A DNA stretch of 63,402 bases, filler included, from Calcarisporiella thermophila CBS 279.70 (taxonomy: Eukaryota > Fungi > Calcarisporiellomycota), in the NCBI RefSeq assembly GCF_041956535.1. It is 12 parts of 11 records of this genome, joined end to end, with 100 filler letters (N's around TTAATTAATTAA, not from the genome) between each part and the next. Parts side by side here need not be neighbours in the genome. Positions count along the whole stretch, not along the records: positions 1 to 3,242 come from NW_027192224.1; positions 3,343 to 6,735 come from NW_027192197.1; positions 6,836 to 12,266 come from NW_027192236.1; positions 12,367 to 17,941 come from NW_027192248.1; 8 more parts are not named here. One strand, 5' to 3'. A model generated the notes under the pieces. It ran no database searches and was not told where the DNA came from. It worked only from the letters and a program-made list of their open reading frames with translations. Of the stretch, positions 1 to 14,007 are shown piece by piece. The position numbers and the translations under genes were made by a program. Numbering within the stretch: position 1 is the first letter of the stretch; the number at the start of each line of letters is the position of its first letter.

Positions 1-1990
1 CGTCTCAATTAAATTAGATTAAGTTTGAGAAAATGAAAAAACTGATAAATTCGGGAGAAAAAGTCGATCCATCAAGTTTTCCAATCCTTCTCGGGTAATC
101 TCTAAACAAGTTAACACAATTTCGAATGAAGGTGCCTCTCTGACCATCAAGTATCCAACCGACCGTAAGTTATAGTGGTTTTAGTAGTTTATTTTCCTTA
201 TACCTCACTTACGCCTATTTTTTATCATTTGCTATATTTTCATAAAAAAGAATTAAACAACTTGGTCAAGGAGAGCGAAGAAAATTCTCGCATGTACTAC
301 AAGTGCTTGACTACTAATATATACGGAAAAGAGTATCTTGATCCCGCTAAATGTGAAGCTAACAATTTCGATCTAATAAAGTAAGGAGATTAGCAATGCT
401 ATTCATAATATACTAACGTATTCTAAAATAGGGCATGTAATGAGGAAGATATGAGGTACAAACTACTTTCGGAATATTGCGACGGTATCCGAAATTTGGT
501 TGGTTGGCGTGAAACGATTAACATTATATTTTCAGTTATGTAAGAAAACGTTATCTTAAATGGCTGTTAAATGGGAAGAGAATGACAGTCAAATTGCATT
601 GTAGACCAGAGAAATATAAGAAAAAGCAACGGGGCGCTCATTAGAAATACTCCATATTCCGGATACAGCTCATATGCGCGTTGAAAAGCGATCGAGAAGC
701 GTAAGAGATTTGGGAATGATTTTGGAAGCTTTTACCTGCTTTCTCTGAAACACAACACTTCTAGAAAATTCTTTCATTTGTTTCCAAAGCAGCTCAGTGC
801 ATTATTCAAAAAAGGACTCATAAGTAAGCCGGAAAGCAGTCGAAGAGTGTAATTCTTTCAAAATTGATTTAAGATGGTATGATCAATTGAGTTTCACTTT
901 ACCTCTCTTAAGGAACTCCTTTCTTTGCTTCGCGAGGCAGCTCAATGTGTTGGGTGTGAGGTCAGTATCGGCGACCTATGCCAAAGTACTTGCAGTCAAG
1001 GTGACAGAGAATTCTGTATTTCTAGAGGTCGAAGAAGAGGTGGAAGAGGGCGTCTGGGATAATTACGAGATCGAATACGATTCTAATATGAAGCCGTGAT
1101 AAGCTTCTTTGAACAACCATAGCATTTACCCATAGTTTATATACTGCAAACATGCTGCTTGATAGGCTAAATTAGAAAACAAACTCGTCAATACCTCCTA
1201 TTGCATACAATGAACATATAAAAATCAAACTAGGATCTTTTACTAGATTCATGATCATTTTGACCTAGAGTGAACTGTGATATATTTTGTTATCTAAACA
1301 TCCCATAGATGTTTATTCTTTCCCCTCTCTAGTGCTCATTACCTAATTCTGTTTGAATTCCTCTTCGACTTTTGTCCTCTGTGCCAACAACTACTGACCT
1401 TGGATTGCGAGAAGCAGATCGGATAATAAACTATGATTGAAGGCATCATCATCGGGTTATATAGTTAATATTGTGTTTTTATTAAATAGGTAGGTTTGAT
1501 TTTGCTAATATTTCAATTAATCATTCTGATTTCCAATCTGTCCGCAGTTGATAAGTTCAACAGCATTTAGCTAAATCACGAAATTTTCGGCACGATTGTT
1601 AGTAAGATATTAAATACCAATAAAATGCAAACCAGCTATTCTTTATTTTTGTCAATCAGTGGATATAGAATTTTAGTGCCCCTGACAACTACGAGGAACT
1701 AATCCCAGATGAAGAGTAGATAGTAAATTTTGGCTAGACATGAGTGTTAGAGGAGAAGAAGGGATTCTAATGCATTGTAGTTAATTGATGAGGGAACGAA
1801 CATTTAACATTGGTTGCTATAGAATATCATGGTTTTTATCTGCCATCTTTTGCTTAGTATCCTTTCACATATATTTATAGAGCCAAATTACCAAAATTAA
1901 ACTAATATATGCTAGTCTAATTTCACATTATACTCAAATGCTAGGTATTGCAAGCATGTCCCTGCCACGAACAAATAAATTGCTCATTTG

Positions 1991-2530
1991 TCAAATTAAC
2001 AGATAGAAAATGCAAGCTGTTAGAGAGGGCCATCTTAGAGTAGGCCATTGGATAATCCAATATGATCTAGGGCGTAGAGCTTTAATAGAGTCCTGCGGAA
2101 GTCATACGAGACATAATAGTGAAATTTCTGGCATCCTTTCTGAAACTGGGTTTGTCCGAATCCAGCAAAGCGTTTTCCGTCATCCAAAGGGATGTCTGCT
2201 TTTATCTGTGTTGCTGGTACTTCTTGTTATACGAGCGTTACTTCGGGTGAACGGCCATTCTCCCAACGGGAGCCCACATTTAATAAGTATTCGCGTATCA
2301 ATTCAAAACGCTGGTTTTTTTGGATTTTAGCCACTTTGATGTCAGTAAACTCTTTGCTGGATTCATCCGAATCAAGCTCAGAAAGGATGCCAGAAATTTC
2401 ACTATAATGTCTCGTATGACTTCCGCAGGACTCTATTAAAGCTCTACGCCCTAGATCATATTGGATTATCCAATGGCCTACTCTAAGATGGCCCACTCTA
2501 ACAGCTTGCATTTTCTATCTGTTAATTTGA
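1991..2530. repeat. Long inverted repeat: 153-bp arms 1991-2143 and 2378-2530, 234-bp spacer
   Basis: The arms are reverse complements with about 2 mismatches. The ORF track shows near-identical peptides on both strands (MQAVREGHLRVG.. / MQAVRVGHLRVG..). Confidence 0.9.
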
Positions 2531-3242
2531 AAAAAAAAACAAAAGCAAAATATTTGAGAGTGATAAATGCTACCTCTTGATCAGATTGAGACTTGAATAT
2601 AAAGTATCTCGGGAAAGTTTTGGGGCAACTTAATATTTTTTTACTTAAGTTTTTTTTTTTTTTTTTCAAACAACGCCCGTATAAAAATCAGTTTTAATAT
2701 TCGAAAACTCACTTGCGCTGATACCATTGCATATACAACTGAACATCCTTTGCTAACTCTCTTCAAACGAAATATTAATGTTGGGAGTTGCCACAAAAAA
2801 TCAGGCAGAATCAGGTAGAATTCAGAATAGGTCAAAAATAATATTAAGAATTTTCGGAAGGGCTAGTTACCTGGTTCATACTTTACCGCTCGATTTGTTT
2901 TTGGAGAGGAAGTTGAGCCCTTATGATTATTCGACTGGCCCCCATACTGTCGTGTACCGTCTATATATAATAGAAAACCACGAATTAGTAAAGATAAGAA
3001 CTATATTTGTAGCAGGATGCCATATACAATAGTTCCCTTTGGGTGAGAGCCCAAGGGAAATGAAACTGGGTGCCCACCCTCCACACCCATGCAACGAGAG
3101 GCACGAGTTCAGGAGACTTCTCAAAGCTAAGGGATCGAATTAGAAGTAGATGACCAACTTATATGTTTATATTATTTTTTAGACTATTTCTTTTTTTTAA
3201 GTGTGTTGAAATCAGCAAAAAATTTATATTGGGGTTGTTCAC

Positions 3243-3342
3243 NNNNNNNNNNNNNNNNNNNNNNNNNNNNNNNNNNNNNNNNNNNNTTAATTAATTAANN
3301 NNNNNNNNNNNNNNNNNNNNNNNNNNNNNNNNNNNNNNNNNN
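3243..3342. other. Artificial contig spacer N-TTAATTAATTAA-N (also at about 6736, 12267, 17942, 23364, 27754, 31780, 34341, 56423, 58337, 60892)
   Basis: The same ~100-nt N-padded six-frame stop linker occurs 11 times. Confidence 0.97.
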
Positions 3343-3422
3343 AAATAAAAGATTAGATTTCCTTCTCGCTAGGCGATTCTCATTGGTTAAGTCCACCACG
3401 GTTCATAACAATTAATTGTTAT

Positions 3423-3494
3423 GGGGCGTTGGCGCAATGGTAGCGCGTCCGCCTCCAGAGCGGAAGGTTGGGAGTTCGAGTCTCTCACGTCCCA
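3423..3494 (+). tRNA. trnW-CCA: tRNA-Trp(CCA)
   Basis: Acceptor GGGGCGT/ACGTCCC, anticodon arm TCCGC-CTCCAGA-GCGGA, T-loop TTCGAGT, downstream T-run terminator. Confidence 0.95.
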
Positions 3495-3761
3495 CATTTT
3501 TTGGAAAAATCCAATTTATTATTGATATTTTACACTGAACTTGATTATAATTTCTCACATTCACGATTCATGTAACTCTTCAGCTATTCACAGTTAATGT
3601 CCACTAAACCAACACTTTTTGTAATAAATTCACTTTTCACGATTTGAAATCAGCGGACTTCATTATATAGAAGTTTAAAATTCCAGCACTTATATATATT
3701 TAAGTATATTTTGCCACGCCGTTTAGCACAAATCATATCCTCTTATTTCCATCTATACACC

Positions 3762-5775
<2,014 letters not shown>

Positions 5776-6308
5776 CTAAGTTTCTGAAGTATATTGGGGG
5801 AACCTGGTTTTAGAATTAGGGTGGGAAGGAATAGAGGTGAGTTTAAAGTCTATCTCTTCTAGAGGGGGATATGGGGAGGAATACGTGGTGAATTGGATAA
5901 ATTGTGCTCCGATATTTAAACTTCCTACTCGATATCACGCAATAATATCCTTTTTATGCATCATCCGGTGAAATTTCTCCTCTCCTTCCAAAAAAGAAAA
6001 TTTACGATAGAATATGAAATTATACCGTAATATAATTCGAAGACAATTCGTTATCTCAAAAAAAACAGCTAAAAGGGAACCTCCTGATCTGACTAAACAA
6101 AAGCTATGGTATATGATAATGGTAATTTTAGAAAGTGGGCAGAATTTCAAAGCTTCTATGCTTTCTTATTTACTCTATTTAATATTAACTTAAATAAATA
6201 TATTTCTATTGAAAAAAAATAAAGCATCTCCATGTAAGTTTGAAATTCTATTCAAAATTTTTAAAGTCCAATATCAGAATTATATGAAATATTTGATAAT
6301 AAAAAATT

Positions 6309-6380
6309 TGGGACGTGAGAGACTCGAACTCCCAACCTTCCGCTCTGGAGGCGGACGCGCTACCATTGCGCCAACGCCCC
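6309..6380 (-). tRNA. trnW-CCA: tRNA-Trp(CCA), identical to 3423-3494
   Basis: Exact reverse complement of the first copy. Confidence 0.95.
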
Positions 6381-6395
6381 ATTTTCTCTCTTTTT

Positions 6396-6735
6396 TGTTA
6401 CGAGATAATTGGTTTTTGTACGGGGGAGTCACAGAGGCAGTCACATAGGCATTCAGGAAGCGCGATATCTTTAAAGTGGAGCAGCCAATAGAATTGTTTA
6501 CCGCTACGTTGCCGACCCCTCGTGGTTACTCGCCGTCCTCGTGGTTACTCTTATGCTCCCTCATGGTTACTTTGTTGAGGTTGATTGCTATTTTGTTGGT
6601 TTAGCTTTATTTATCCTTGAACACCAGTTGAGCTATTTCCTTTATCTCTTAATTCTATTTAAACCCCTCTATTTTGTTTTACTGTTCCTCACCAATCTCT
6701 TATTTTTATTATTAAGGTGAGGATAAGCTATTATT
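6396..6735 (+). mobile_element. LTR (family LTR1), starting TGTTA 15 bp upstream of tRNA-Trp and truncated by the contig end
   Basis: Starts TGTTACGAG and is homologous to 62250-62527 and 23273-23342 (reverse strand). Contains repeated CCTCGTGGTTACTC. Confidence 0.75.
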
Positions 6736-6835
6736 NNNNNNNNNNNNNNNNNNNNNNNNNNNNNNNNNNNNNNNNNNNNTTAATTAATTAANNNNNNNNN
6801 NNNNNNNNNNNNNNNNNNNNNNNNNNNNNNNNNNN

Positions 6836-6947
6836 CCCAGGGATAGTCCACTACACTAACCCTCCCCCGCCATTGACATTAACTTCATGTAATATATGGA
6901 AATTAAATAAAAGTTTCCATTAATTGATCAAAAAAAAACAAAAAAAC
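6836..6947. mobile_element. Rearranged SINE-A copy: head on - strand (6836-6868) fused to tail+polyA on + strand (6870-6947)
   Basis: Both pieces match SINE-A at 57964-58301. Confidence 0.75.
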
Positions 6948-6960
6948 ATGATACTTTACA

Positions 6961-7195
6961 GTCGCCCTTGGTTGGCGTAGTGGTTTGGGACCCCGGAGCC
7001 GAATCACTAGGTTGTGGGTTCGATTCTTGTAGGTGACGCTCGTCCATGAGAGTTTGCCGGGTTTTTCTCAGGACTCAACCGCTATCAATAGTATAGCAAC
7101 AAGCAAGTAATATCAAGCGGCTACAAAAATAAGTAGCAAAAGTCCTTAGGAGAAATCTAACCACAAATATGGGAGGCCAGGGGCAATACCTGGGG
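6961..7195 (+). mobile_element. tRNA-derived SINE family C, 3'-truncated
   Basis: A box TGGCGTAGTGG and B box GGTTCGATTC. Colinear with 21840-22151. Confidence 0.8.
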
Positions 7196-7887
7196 GAATC
7201 TGATATAAAAGTCTACTCTTCCTTTCCAATATTTCACATCAAAAGACGAAATAATTTACTGTTGGGGGAGACCAAGAGGAGATTTCCCTATGTATTCCAA
7301 AAGATCAAGAGATCACTTTCAATTTGTCACCTTCCCTCTAAGAGAATTTGAGGGGTCAGTGGCAATAGTATGGCAACTGAGCAAGAAATAACAAACTGCT
7401 AAAAAAATAGGTATGAGTCTACACTTTCACTCTATTAAGATAAAAATTGGTAAGTAAACGTAGTAATCTATTCCAAATTGAGAAAATAATATATTATTTT
7501 AAGTTGCTTGATGTGAAGCATCGCAGTGAATAGCTACACAGACATTGCTGGGTAATTCATTATTTCAAATTGATCTCGTCAGGAACTCCAAAAAAAACAA
7601 GTTTTATTAATTTCTTATTATTGTATTCACTTTCATGCAAATGGAGGCATTGAATCACTGTTTTTAGAGTTGTAAACTGACTAATCACTTAGCAAAATAA
7701 GCTGTTAGTTTCATTTAATATATTTTCGCTCAAATGCGTTAATAATTTTCAATACTCGATGAGTCATTTTTTAAGGCTTGCAATATTTTGTGACGAGAAT
7801 TAAATTGAGGTGGAAAAATATCTATAAATGAGAGGAACGCTAGCTTTATAGTTTCATACTATACACTATCTTATATTTCCATATAGA

Positions 7888-8466
7888 ATGCATTTGTCTC
7901 AGATCTCCAAAGAGGAAATAATTCCTATTCCAAACACACCCTATTTACTTACTCCATACCTTTCAACAGATCGTCATGCTATGGTTAATGCCTTCGCTGA
8001 TCCAGATGTATACGCCAATGCATCACGCATTCCAATACCATACACACTTGCCGATGCCGATGAATTTCTTAATAACATCTGTAAATCTTCAGACCAATTC
8101 TGTTTTGCACTAAGACATGACAAAGATTATATCGGCTCGGTCAGCATAAAAAAAATAATACCGGATGAGGCGAAGGAACATGAAGTGGAAGAAGGCTCAT
8201 GGGAAGTTGGATACGCATTGGCAAAGGAATGGAGGGGTAAAGGTTTAATGGTGCCAGTTGTTCGTACTTTAGTGGAAGAAGTCGCATTTAAGCGGGCTGG
8301 TTTGAAGAAGATTTATGGATTTGCACGGGTCGGTAATTGGGCATCGCGTCGAATTATGGAAAAGGTCGGCTTTGAATTTTTGGGCGAAATTGAACATGAT
8401 GTCAGTAAAGTAAATCAACCTGGGGTCATGATAAGGGTCTGGAAATTTATTAGACACAACGATTAG
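7888..8466 (+). CDS. GNAT acetyltransferase, RimJ/RimL-like, intronless
   Basis: IPIPYTLADA, EVGYALAKEWRGKGLM (acetyl-CoA motif), NWASRRIMEKVGF. Confidence 0.88.
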   Translation: MHLSQISKEEIIPIPNTPYLLTPYLSTDRHAMVNAFADPDVYANASRIPIPYTLADADEFLNNICKSSDQFCFALRHDKDYIGSVSIKKIIPDEAKEHEVEEGSWEVGYALAKEWRGKGLMVPVVRTLVEEVAFKRAGLKKIYGFARVGNWASRRIMEKVGFEFLGEIEHDVSKVNQPGVMIRVWKFIRHND

Positions 8467-8717
8467 ATACTGTAGTATATTTTGAAGGATAAAGTTGATC
8501 CGCATTGCGCAGCACCTCGTAACCACTGTATCATGTAATTTACTAATAGTAGAGAAGTGTATTTGATGGATTGCATGCAACATTTTATATTTGATATAAA
8601 GAATAAATAAACAATAGATAGAAAAGTCCACAATATAAGCAGAAATTCATTAAAGTATTTTAATTTCGTATTACTATTATTTTATTAATTTCAGTAATTC
8701 GGCTTAGAATAGAGAGG

Positions 8718-9860
8718 TTTTTTTTTTTTGAATGACGCAGTTAAGACTAACTCTTTGAAAAATTTATTGAAAAGTATCCTATTCTATTAAAAAGGTAGGG
8801 TAGCTTCTACGTCAAAATCACCCAGGTAATACTCCTGGCCTACCTCGAAGGATCTGGGAGAAAGAAGGAAAAGGAAGAAAAAAGTTATAGGTGTAAGATG
8901 AAGAGAGAAAAAGTGAACGGGAAAGAGTTAGGAAAAAGAGGAAGAGAAATTAGCGTAATAAAGAAAGGGAAGGTAAAGACTGGAAAGGAATAAATGTTAG
9001 TGAGAAGGATATAAAAAGTTGGGCATCAATATTAAGATAAGTATGTGCATGAAATAATGTAAAAAGAGAAAAAAATTAAAAAAAAAGTAAAAAAAAGTGA
9101 TAAGAGAGATAAAGGAAATGGTATATATACAGCAGTGAGAGGTTGGATTCGGTTCTCAAAGCCGGAGTTGGGACTGGGATTTGAATTTTAGAGGTGTCCT
9201 GGATAAAAATCACAGATTCATCTATGATATTCACTCAGGTTCCCCGTGACCATTTATCGATGAAGTCTTTTTTCCGATCCTGTTTCATTGCCATCCACCA
9301 CCTAGACTTTACTCCTCGCTGTAGTTCGCGGTCAAGTTGTTTGGTTATGGCTACCGGGTTGGGTTGGACATCGTCCAGCATTAATTCAAGTCTCGAGCGG
9401 TATATTATCCACAGGGCTATGTCGTGGCTCAGAGCAACCACTTCGTTGAAGCGTTGACTTATTTGTTTGCCTTGTCCGAACAGTCTGTATTCTTTCGTGG
9501 ATTCGTGTGGCGGTATTCCAACTATTCGGCAGTTTATCTCATCAACTCTTTGCCAGAGTTGCGCGATAGCTGGGCAGTCTAGAAAGGCATGGGCAATTGT
9601 TTCGGGTATTCCTAAGGAGCACCTTTGCAAGTATTTGGATCTCCAGTCCATTTGCTAGTGATGATTCCGGGAACTATTTTGTGCTTCATAAGTCTCTAGC
9701 GAAGGGTTCTGGGCTTGGGTTCTGACGGACGACTTTTCCACCTGGCCCATGCCTTCGTCCATCTGGTTACATCACAGGAAACATCTTTCCTTTCCTCATT
9801 AATTTTTTTGTCCTCGGACTCGAACTCGAGCTTACTGTTCTCACCACGAATTCTTAATTC
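8718..9860 (-). mobile_element. L1/Tx1-like LINE (family A), 5'-truncated: zf-RVT C-terminus of ORF2, 3'UTR, polyA
   Basis: CKRC..ETIAHAFLDCP..LW zinc-binding motif with disruptions; T-run at the left end. Confidence 0.85.
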
Positions 9861-9873
9861 CTTATAACAAATC

Positions 9874-10188
9874 TGTTATGAGAATATTGGCTGTTGGAAA
9901 GGAAAAGCCACGTAAACAGTCACTTAGATACTTGGGAAGTGAGGTGACGGTCTTTACAGTAAGCAGGTCCACCCGAAGACATCACATGACCGAAGTTAAG
10001 GTTGTATTTTTGATCTTTTGTTGTTTCTTTATGATCGTTTGTTTTGAAAAGATGCGTTTTTAGTTTATCCTTAGGAACATCTATTTTGTCTAGTTGTCCT
10101 CACCAATTCCCTGAATTATAAAGATAAATCTCTTATTTTTATCAAGATCTGGACACCCCTCCACACAAACCTCCTTTCGCCCGTAACA
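9874..10188 (+). mobile_element. Solo LTR (family LTR2), 315 bp, 4-bp TSD AATC
   Basis: TGTTA...TAACA ends, AATC on both sides, second copy at 33947-34252. Confidence 0.88.
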
Positions 10189-10194
10189 AATCAT

Positions 10195-10554
10195 TGTTGC
10201 GTCGGATTTAAGTCTAATAAGGGTTATCCCAGCGATCCTTTAGCTATCCAAAAGCTCTCTCTATCGCTCTATATCCACCACTTCAGAAGACGTAGACGAT
10301 GCAAAGGATGGTTATATAATCAGATAATCACTAAAGCACGTCTTTATTATAAATGAAATCTCGGTCTTTTATACTGTTGTTAACGTATCACATAGGGAAG
10401 AATAATAATAAAAGTAATAAAATGTCATATTTCGATATAATAAAGTTATAATAAAATAAGGTTGGTGTAATAAACAATCGCATCAAACTAAATATTCTCA
10501 CAAAAGAGATCAGTTAAAGAGGTAAATAATAAATAATAAAATGATCAAGTAACA
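10195..10554 (+). mobile_element. Probable LTR (family LTR3); right end uncertain
   Basis: Starts TGTTG, and the first ~65 bp are homologous to the reverse complement of 18042-18110. Confidence 0.55.
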
Positions 10555-10563
10555 GAATCTAAG

Positions 10564-11997
10564 TTTTTTTTTTTCAACTAGGGAAACTTTTTATTGAAAT
10601 GTCTCCTGCACAGTTAAAACGGTAGGGTAACTTCTACGTCAAAATCACCTGGGTATTGTCCCCAGCCTACCTTGAAGTGGTTTACAAATAAGGAGAAGGT
10701 AGATAGATTGTTAGAGTTGGTTGATTTGAATGCTTGAGTATATAAGATAATGAAATGTAGATAGATAAATTTTCTTTACTCTCGCATACCGTTTGATATG
10801 CAGAGAGCAAAGGTGCTGAGAGAAAATGACATTTACTGTCGCTGTAATATATATCTAAGCTCATGTTCCATTGGGACTACTGGCCGCTTTTTCCTTAGGG
10901 AGGCTCTTGGTCATTAAGGGGCTCTTGTTCTTTGATGGGCTTTTTGGCCTAGAGATAGTTTTCTGTGTTGGGAGGTCGATCCGCGTAGGACTGAAGTCGA
11001 ACTTCATATTCTTTTGGGATGCAAGGAATTCTTGCAGGTTCACCGTTTTGATTTCGGGACTCCTCTTGGCTGGCACAGTGGATAGTTCTAAACCGGTTAT
11101 TCCGCTGAATACTTTGGATCCTAGGGGGATGGTATTAGGTGTGTTTATCTGATGAGTGCTGGATGGTTTGCTGGTATCTTCCTGTTTCTTCTCTGACTTC
11201 TCCACCTCGTTGTCTGTATTCATTCTGTCTGGCGTGATTTCGCGATTGAGCGGGGTAGGGGTTTGGACGGGTTTATATTCTTACCTCTTGATGCTGCTTA
11301 TTCTTCTTTGGACATTCTACGTGTATGTGGCCAGGAGTCTTACAGTAATTGCACACTGGAGTAGATCCTCTCCAAGAAAGGATTATTTGATCCTCATCGA
11401 TGGCCAATTGGCGAGGTAGGATATTTTCCAAAGGTCTCCGGGTTCGGTTCGAGTATGGCGTAGCAGTGGTCTTGCAACCACCCTGTGTTGCCGTAATAAT
11501 ATTGAAAGTCGATCTGGATGACTCTGGCAATCTTGGACAAGGCTGCTTCCAATTTCACTCTGAGAGTTTCCTCTTCCTGACCGGGGAGGTCATTAATTCT
11601 GACGTTTAGTACTCTCTGGGAGTTAGAGATTGTCTTAAAACACGGAACCTTCCTATCATTCGCGTAAAAACCTTCTTTGATTACTTCATGAATGTCCATT
11701 TCATTCCAGAATGCGAGAATGATGGTCTTGGACTGTCCCAGGATCTTGATAGCTGCTACTCGTTTTTGATACTTCTCGTACAGTAGCTTCACTGCCTCTT
11801 GGGATGAGAACTCAAAACGCGAAAACTTGAATGTAACCGAGTTTTTGAAAGAGGATCTCGGCGGGCTTGTGTTAACATTCTCCAGGGTAGGTTTCTCGCC
11901 TGGGTCTTTGGTTTTCTGGGTGCATGCTACGCGTAAGGCATCCGCATAGGATGGATGGATATCAGGGGGAACGCTGGTCATCCGGATTTTGATCCCG
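10564..11997 (-). mobile_element. ORF1-only non-LTR element (HAL1-like) with frameshifted ORF1, 3'UTR and family-A tail
   Basis: ORF1 runs from MTSVPPD..SYADAL (ATG 11981) through the zinc knuckle CNYCKTPGHIHVEC to a stop at 10861, followed directly by UTR and polyA. No ORF2. Confidence 0.75.
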
Positions 11998-12008
11998 TTT
12001 CCTGAATG

Positions 12009-12266
12009 TTTTTTTTTTTGATCAATCAACGGAGCTTTTATTAGTTTCCGTAGCTTACAAGAGTTTAATGATTACAATGAAATAAGAAAGGGGGGGAATA
12101 AAGGGTAAATTAGATGTATATAGTGATCGGGTATTTGGTGAAAGGTATGAAGTAAAGAGGAGGGGAGGAGGGAAAGAGCGGATTGGGAGAGAGGAAGGGT
12201 TGCTTCGTCACTCCAGTTTTAGTCTTGCTCTATCCGAACTTTCTATTACCGCTCCCTGACCGCATC
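12009..12266 (-). mobile_element. LINE family C 3' end
   Basis: (T)n-GATCAATCAACGGAG.. near-identical to 23058, 34253, 56135 and 62528. Confidence 0.9.
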
Positions 12267-12711
12267 NNNNNNNNNNNNNNNNNNNNNNNNNNNNNNNNNN
12301 NNNNNNNNNNTTAATTAATTAANNNNNNNNNNNNNNNNNNNNNNNNNNNNNNNNNNNNNNNNNNNNAATAATAATTTAAATATCTTTGTTTTATTCATAA
12401 TATACATACTGTATACAGTACAACAATAACGAGATCTTAACCAATACAATCATAATTGATATTATTGTAGTAAGTTAGCCAGAAATAAAGTAAAGGCACA
12501 CAGTGTCTATATTTCTTCTTGAAAATATAAAAACAAAATTAAGAAATGCGAGCAAATGCAAAAATGGACTTCGTTTACTGAGTCATATCCTGTATAATAG
12601 TGATGCATCAGGCAGTATATGATGGTACTTAATAGGATGTTCGGTACGTCGATTATGAAAGACGGTTTTCAATATATCTACTATAGTCAGCAACAGCTTT
12701 TCAACGTACTA

Positions 12712-13028
12712 CCCTACAAAAAGTCTGCAAGGAGAAAACATACAGAGACCGTAAAGAAGCATGTAGAAAACATGGAGAACGTTCGCGTTTCTCTATACCC
12801 TATGAAGAGCGTGCATGGAAAAAATATATACAGTAGGAAAATGTAGAAAATATAAAGAGCCTGGAACTTTTCATGCAATTTTTCTATATTTTCAATATGT
12901 TTTATATGGATGAAGAGCCTAGAAATTATTCATAAAACATAGGAAAAACGAAGTAATGGTTCCAGATTCTCCATGTTTTCTACATTTTCCTACTGTATAT
13001 ATTTTTTCCATGCACACTCTTTGTAGGG
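12712..13028. mobile_element. Non-autonomous CMC/En-Spm-like TIR element
   Basis: CCCTACAAA...TTTGTAGGG termini, long subterminal inverted repeats (12798-12867 vs 12959-13028), related to 52321-53203. Confidence 0.6.
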
Positions 13029-14007
13029 TTACTATATTATAGCAGCTCAAAAGATGCAAATACTGTATATTTCTGCAACCCTCAACATCACTCATTTGTA
13101 CCGTTAACGATACATCCACTTTTCTTTATACCCTACTCACTCTTCTCTCTGAAGGGATTACTCTTCTTCATCTCTTCAGTCTTTTCCCCATGTTTGGAAT
13201 TACAGTTGTTTAAATCTACTTACTTTCAGCTTAGTTTGCTTAGAATTTCATTTGGTCATCCTAGTCTATATATCGACAATAAGGTTGGGTTTGTGGTGTA
13301 TCTAACTACGGTATATATTTTTCTCTATCTACAGTATACCTGTAATGAAAAGAACTTAGCCAAGCTCAATATCCTTAGAATCTTTGCTTGGCAATGACCT
13401 CAACCTATCGACGACCAAGCAACACACATCCGCTTAGAACAATACAAGCTTCTTCCCAGGAAAACCTACTTCAGTTTATTACGCTTTTGCCCTTTTATAC
13501 ATTATTTAAAGCACACGATTATTTGCCAGGATTGGTTTTAGGAATTACTCAGTGCCACTTTTCCCTCGGTATTCTTTAATCGATTTTTCCTTTTTATCTT
13601 TAGAAGAAATTTTGTTTTTATTTTTATAACCAAGTCCAAGTGTCCTTCTTTATAATACCACGCACATATAGGAGCTATTTCTTACTAAAGCCTAGCGTAT
13701 GCGACGGCTTAAGGGAAATGGACAAGGCAAAGTCAGCAGTCTATTCAATATTTACCCGATATCATATTTACCTCAACCCTAAGAACAATTTTTTTTTTCT
13801 TAGGCAGCTTAATTCAGGTCCCCTAATTATGCTTCATACGGGAAGGATATTAAACAATGATTACTTCAATCATGGCATTATAAATGTATTCTACGAGCAA
13901 TGCATCTGCGATAGCACAGTAGCTACTAACCCATTTATATTTTGTAGCAGGACGACACACAGTATACAATAATTAATAAATACCATAGAACAATCTTCAA
14001 GTGCAGA

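Noticed and set aside
30-1400. Multi-exon gene in the first contig
   Set aside because: Exon-like pieces and splice signals exist, but I could not build a consistent frame or recognise a family.
3243-3342. Recurrent TTAATTAATTAA in N runs as a biological repeat
   Set aside because: It is an artificial six-frame-stop contig linker, so adjacency across it is meaningless.
6450-6466. Sequence-specific LINE target ATCGCGCTTCCTGAATG
   Set aside because: It is reused at several loci, but the same LINE/SINE families also use unrelated targets at the same tRNA distance. Position explains it better.
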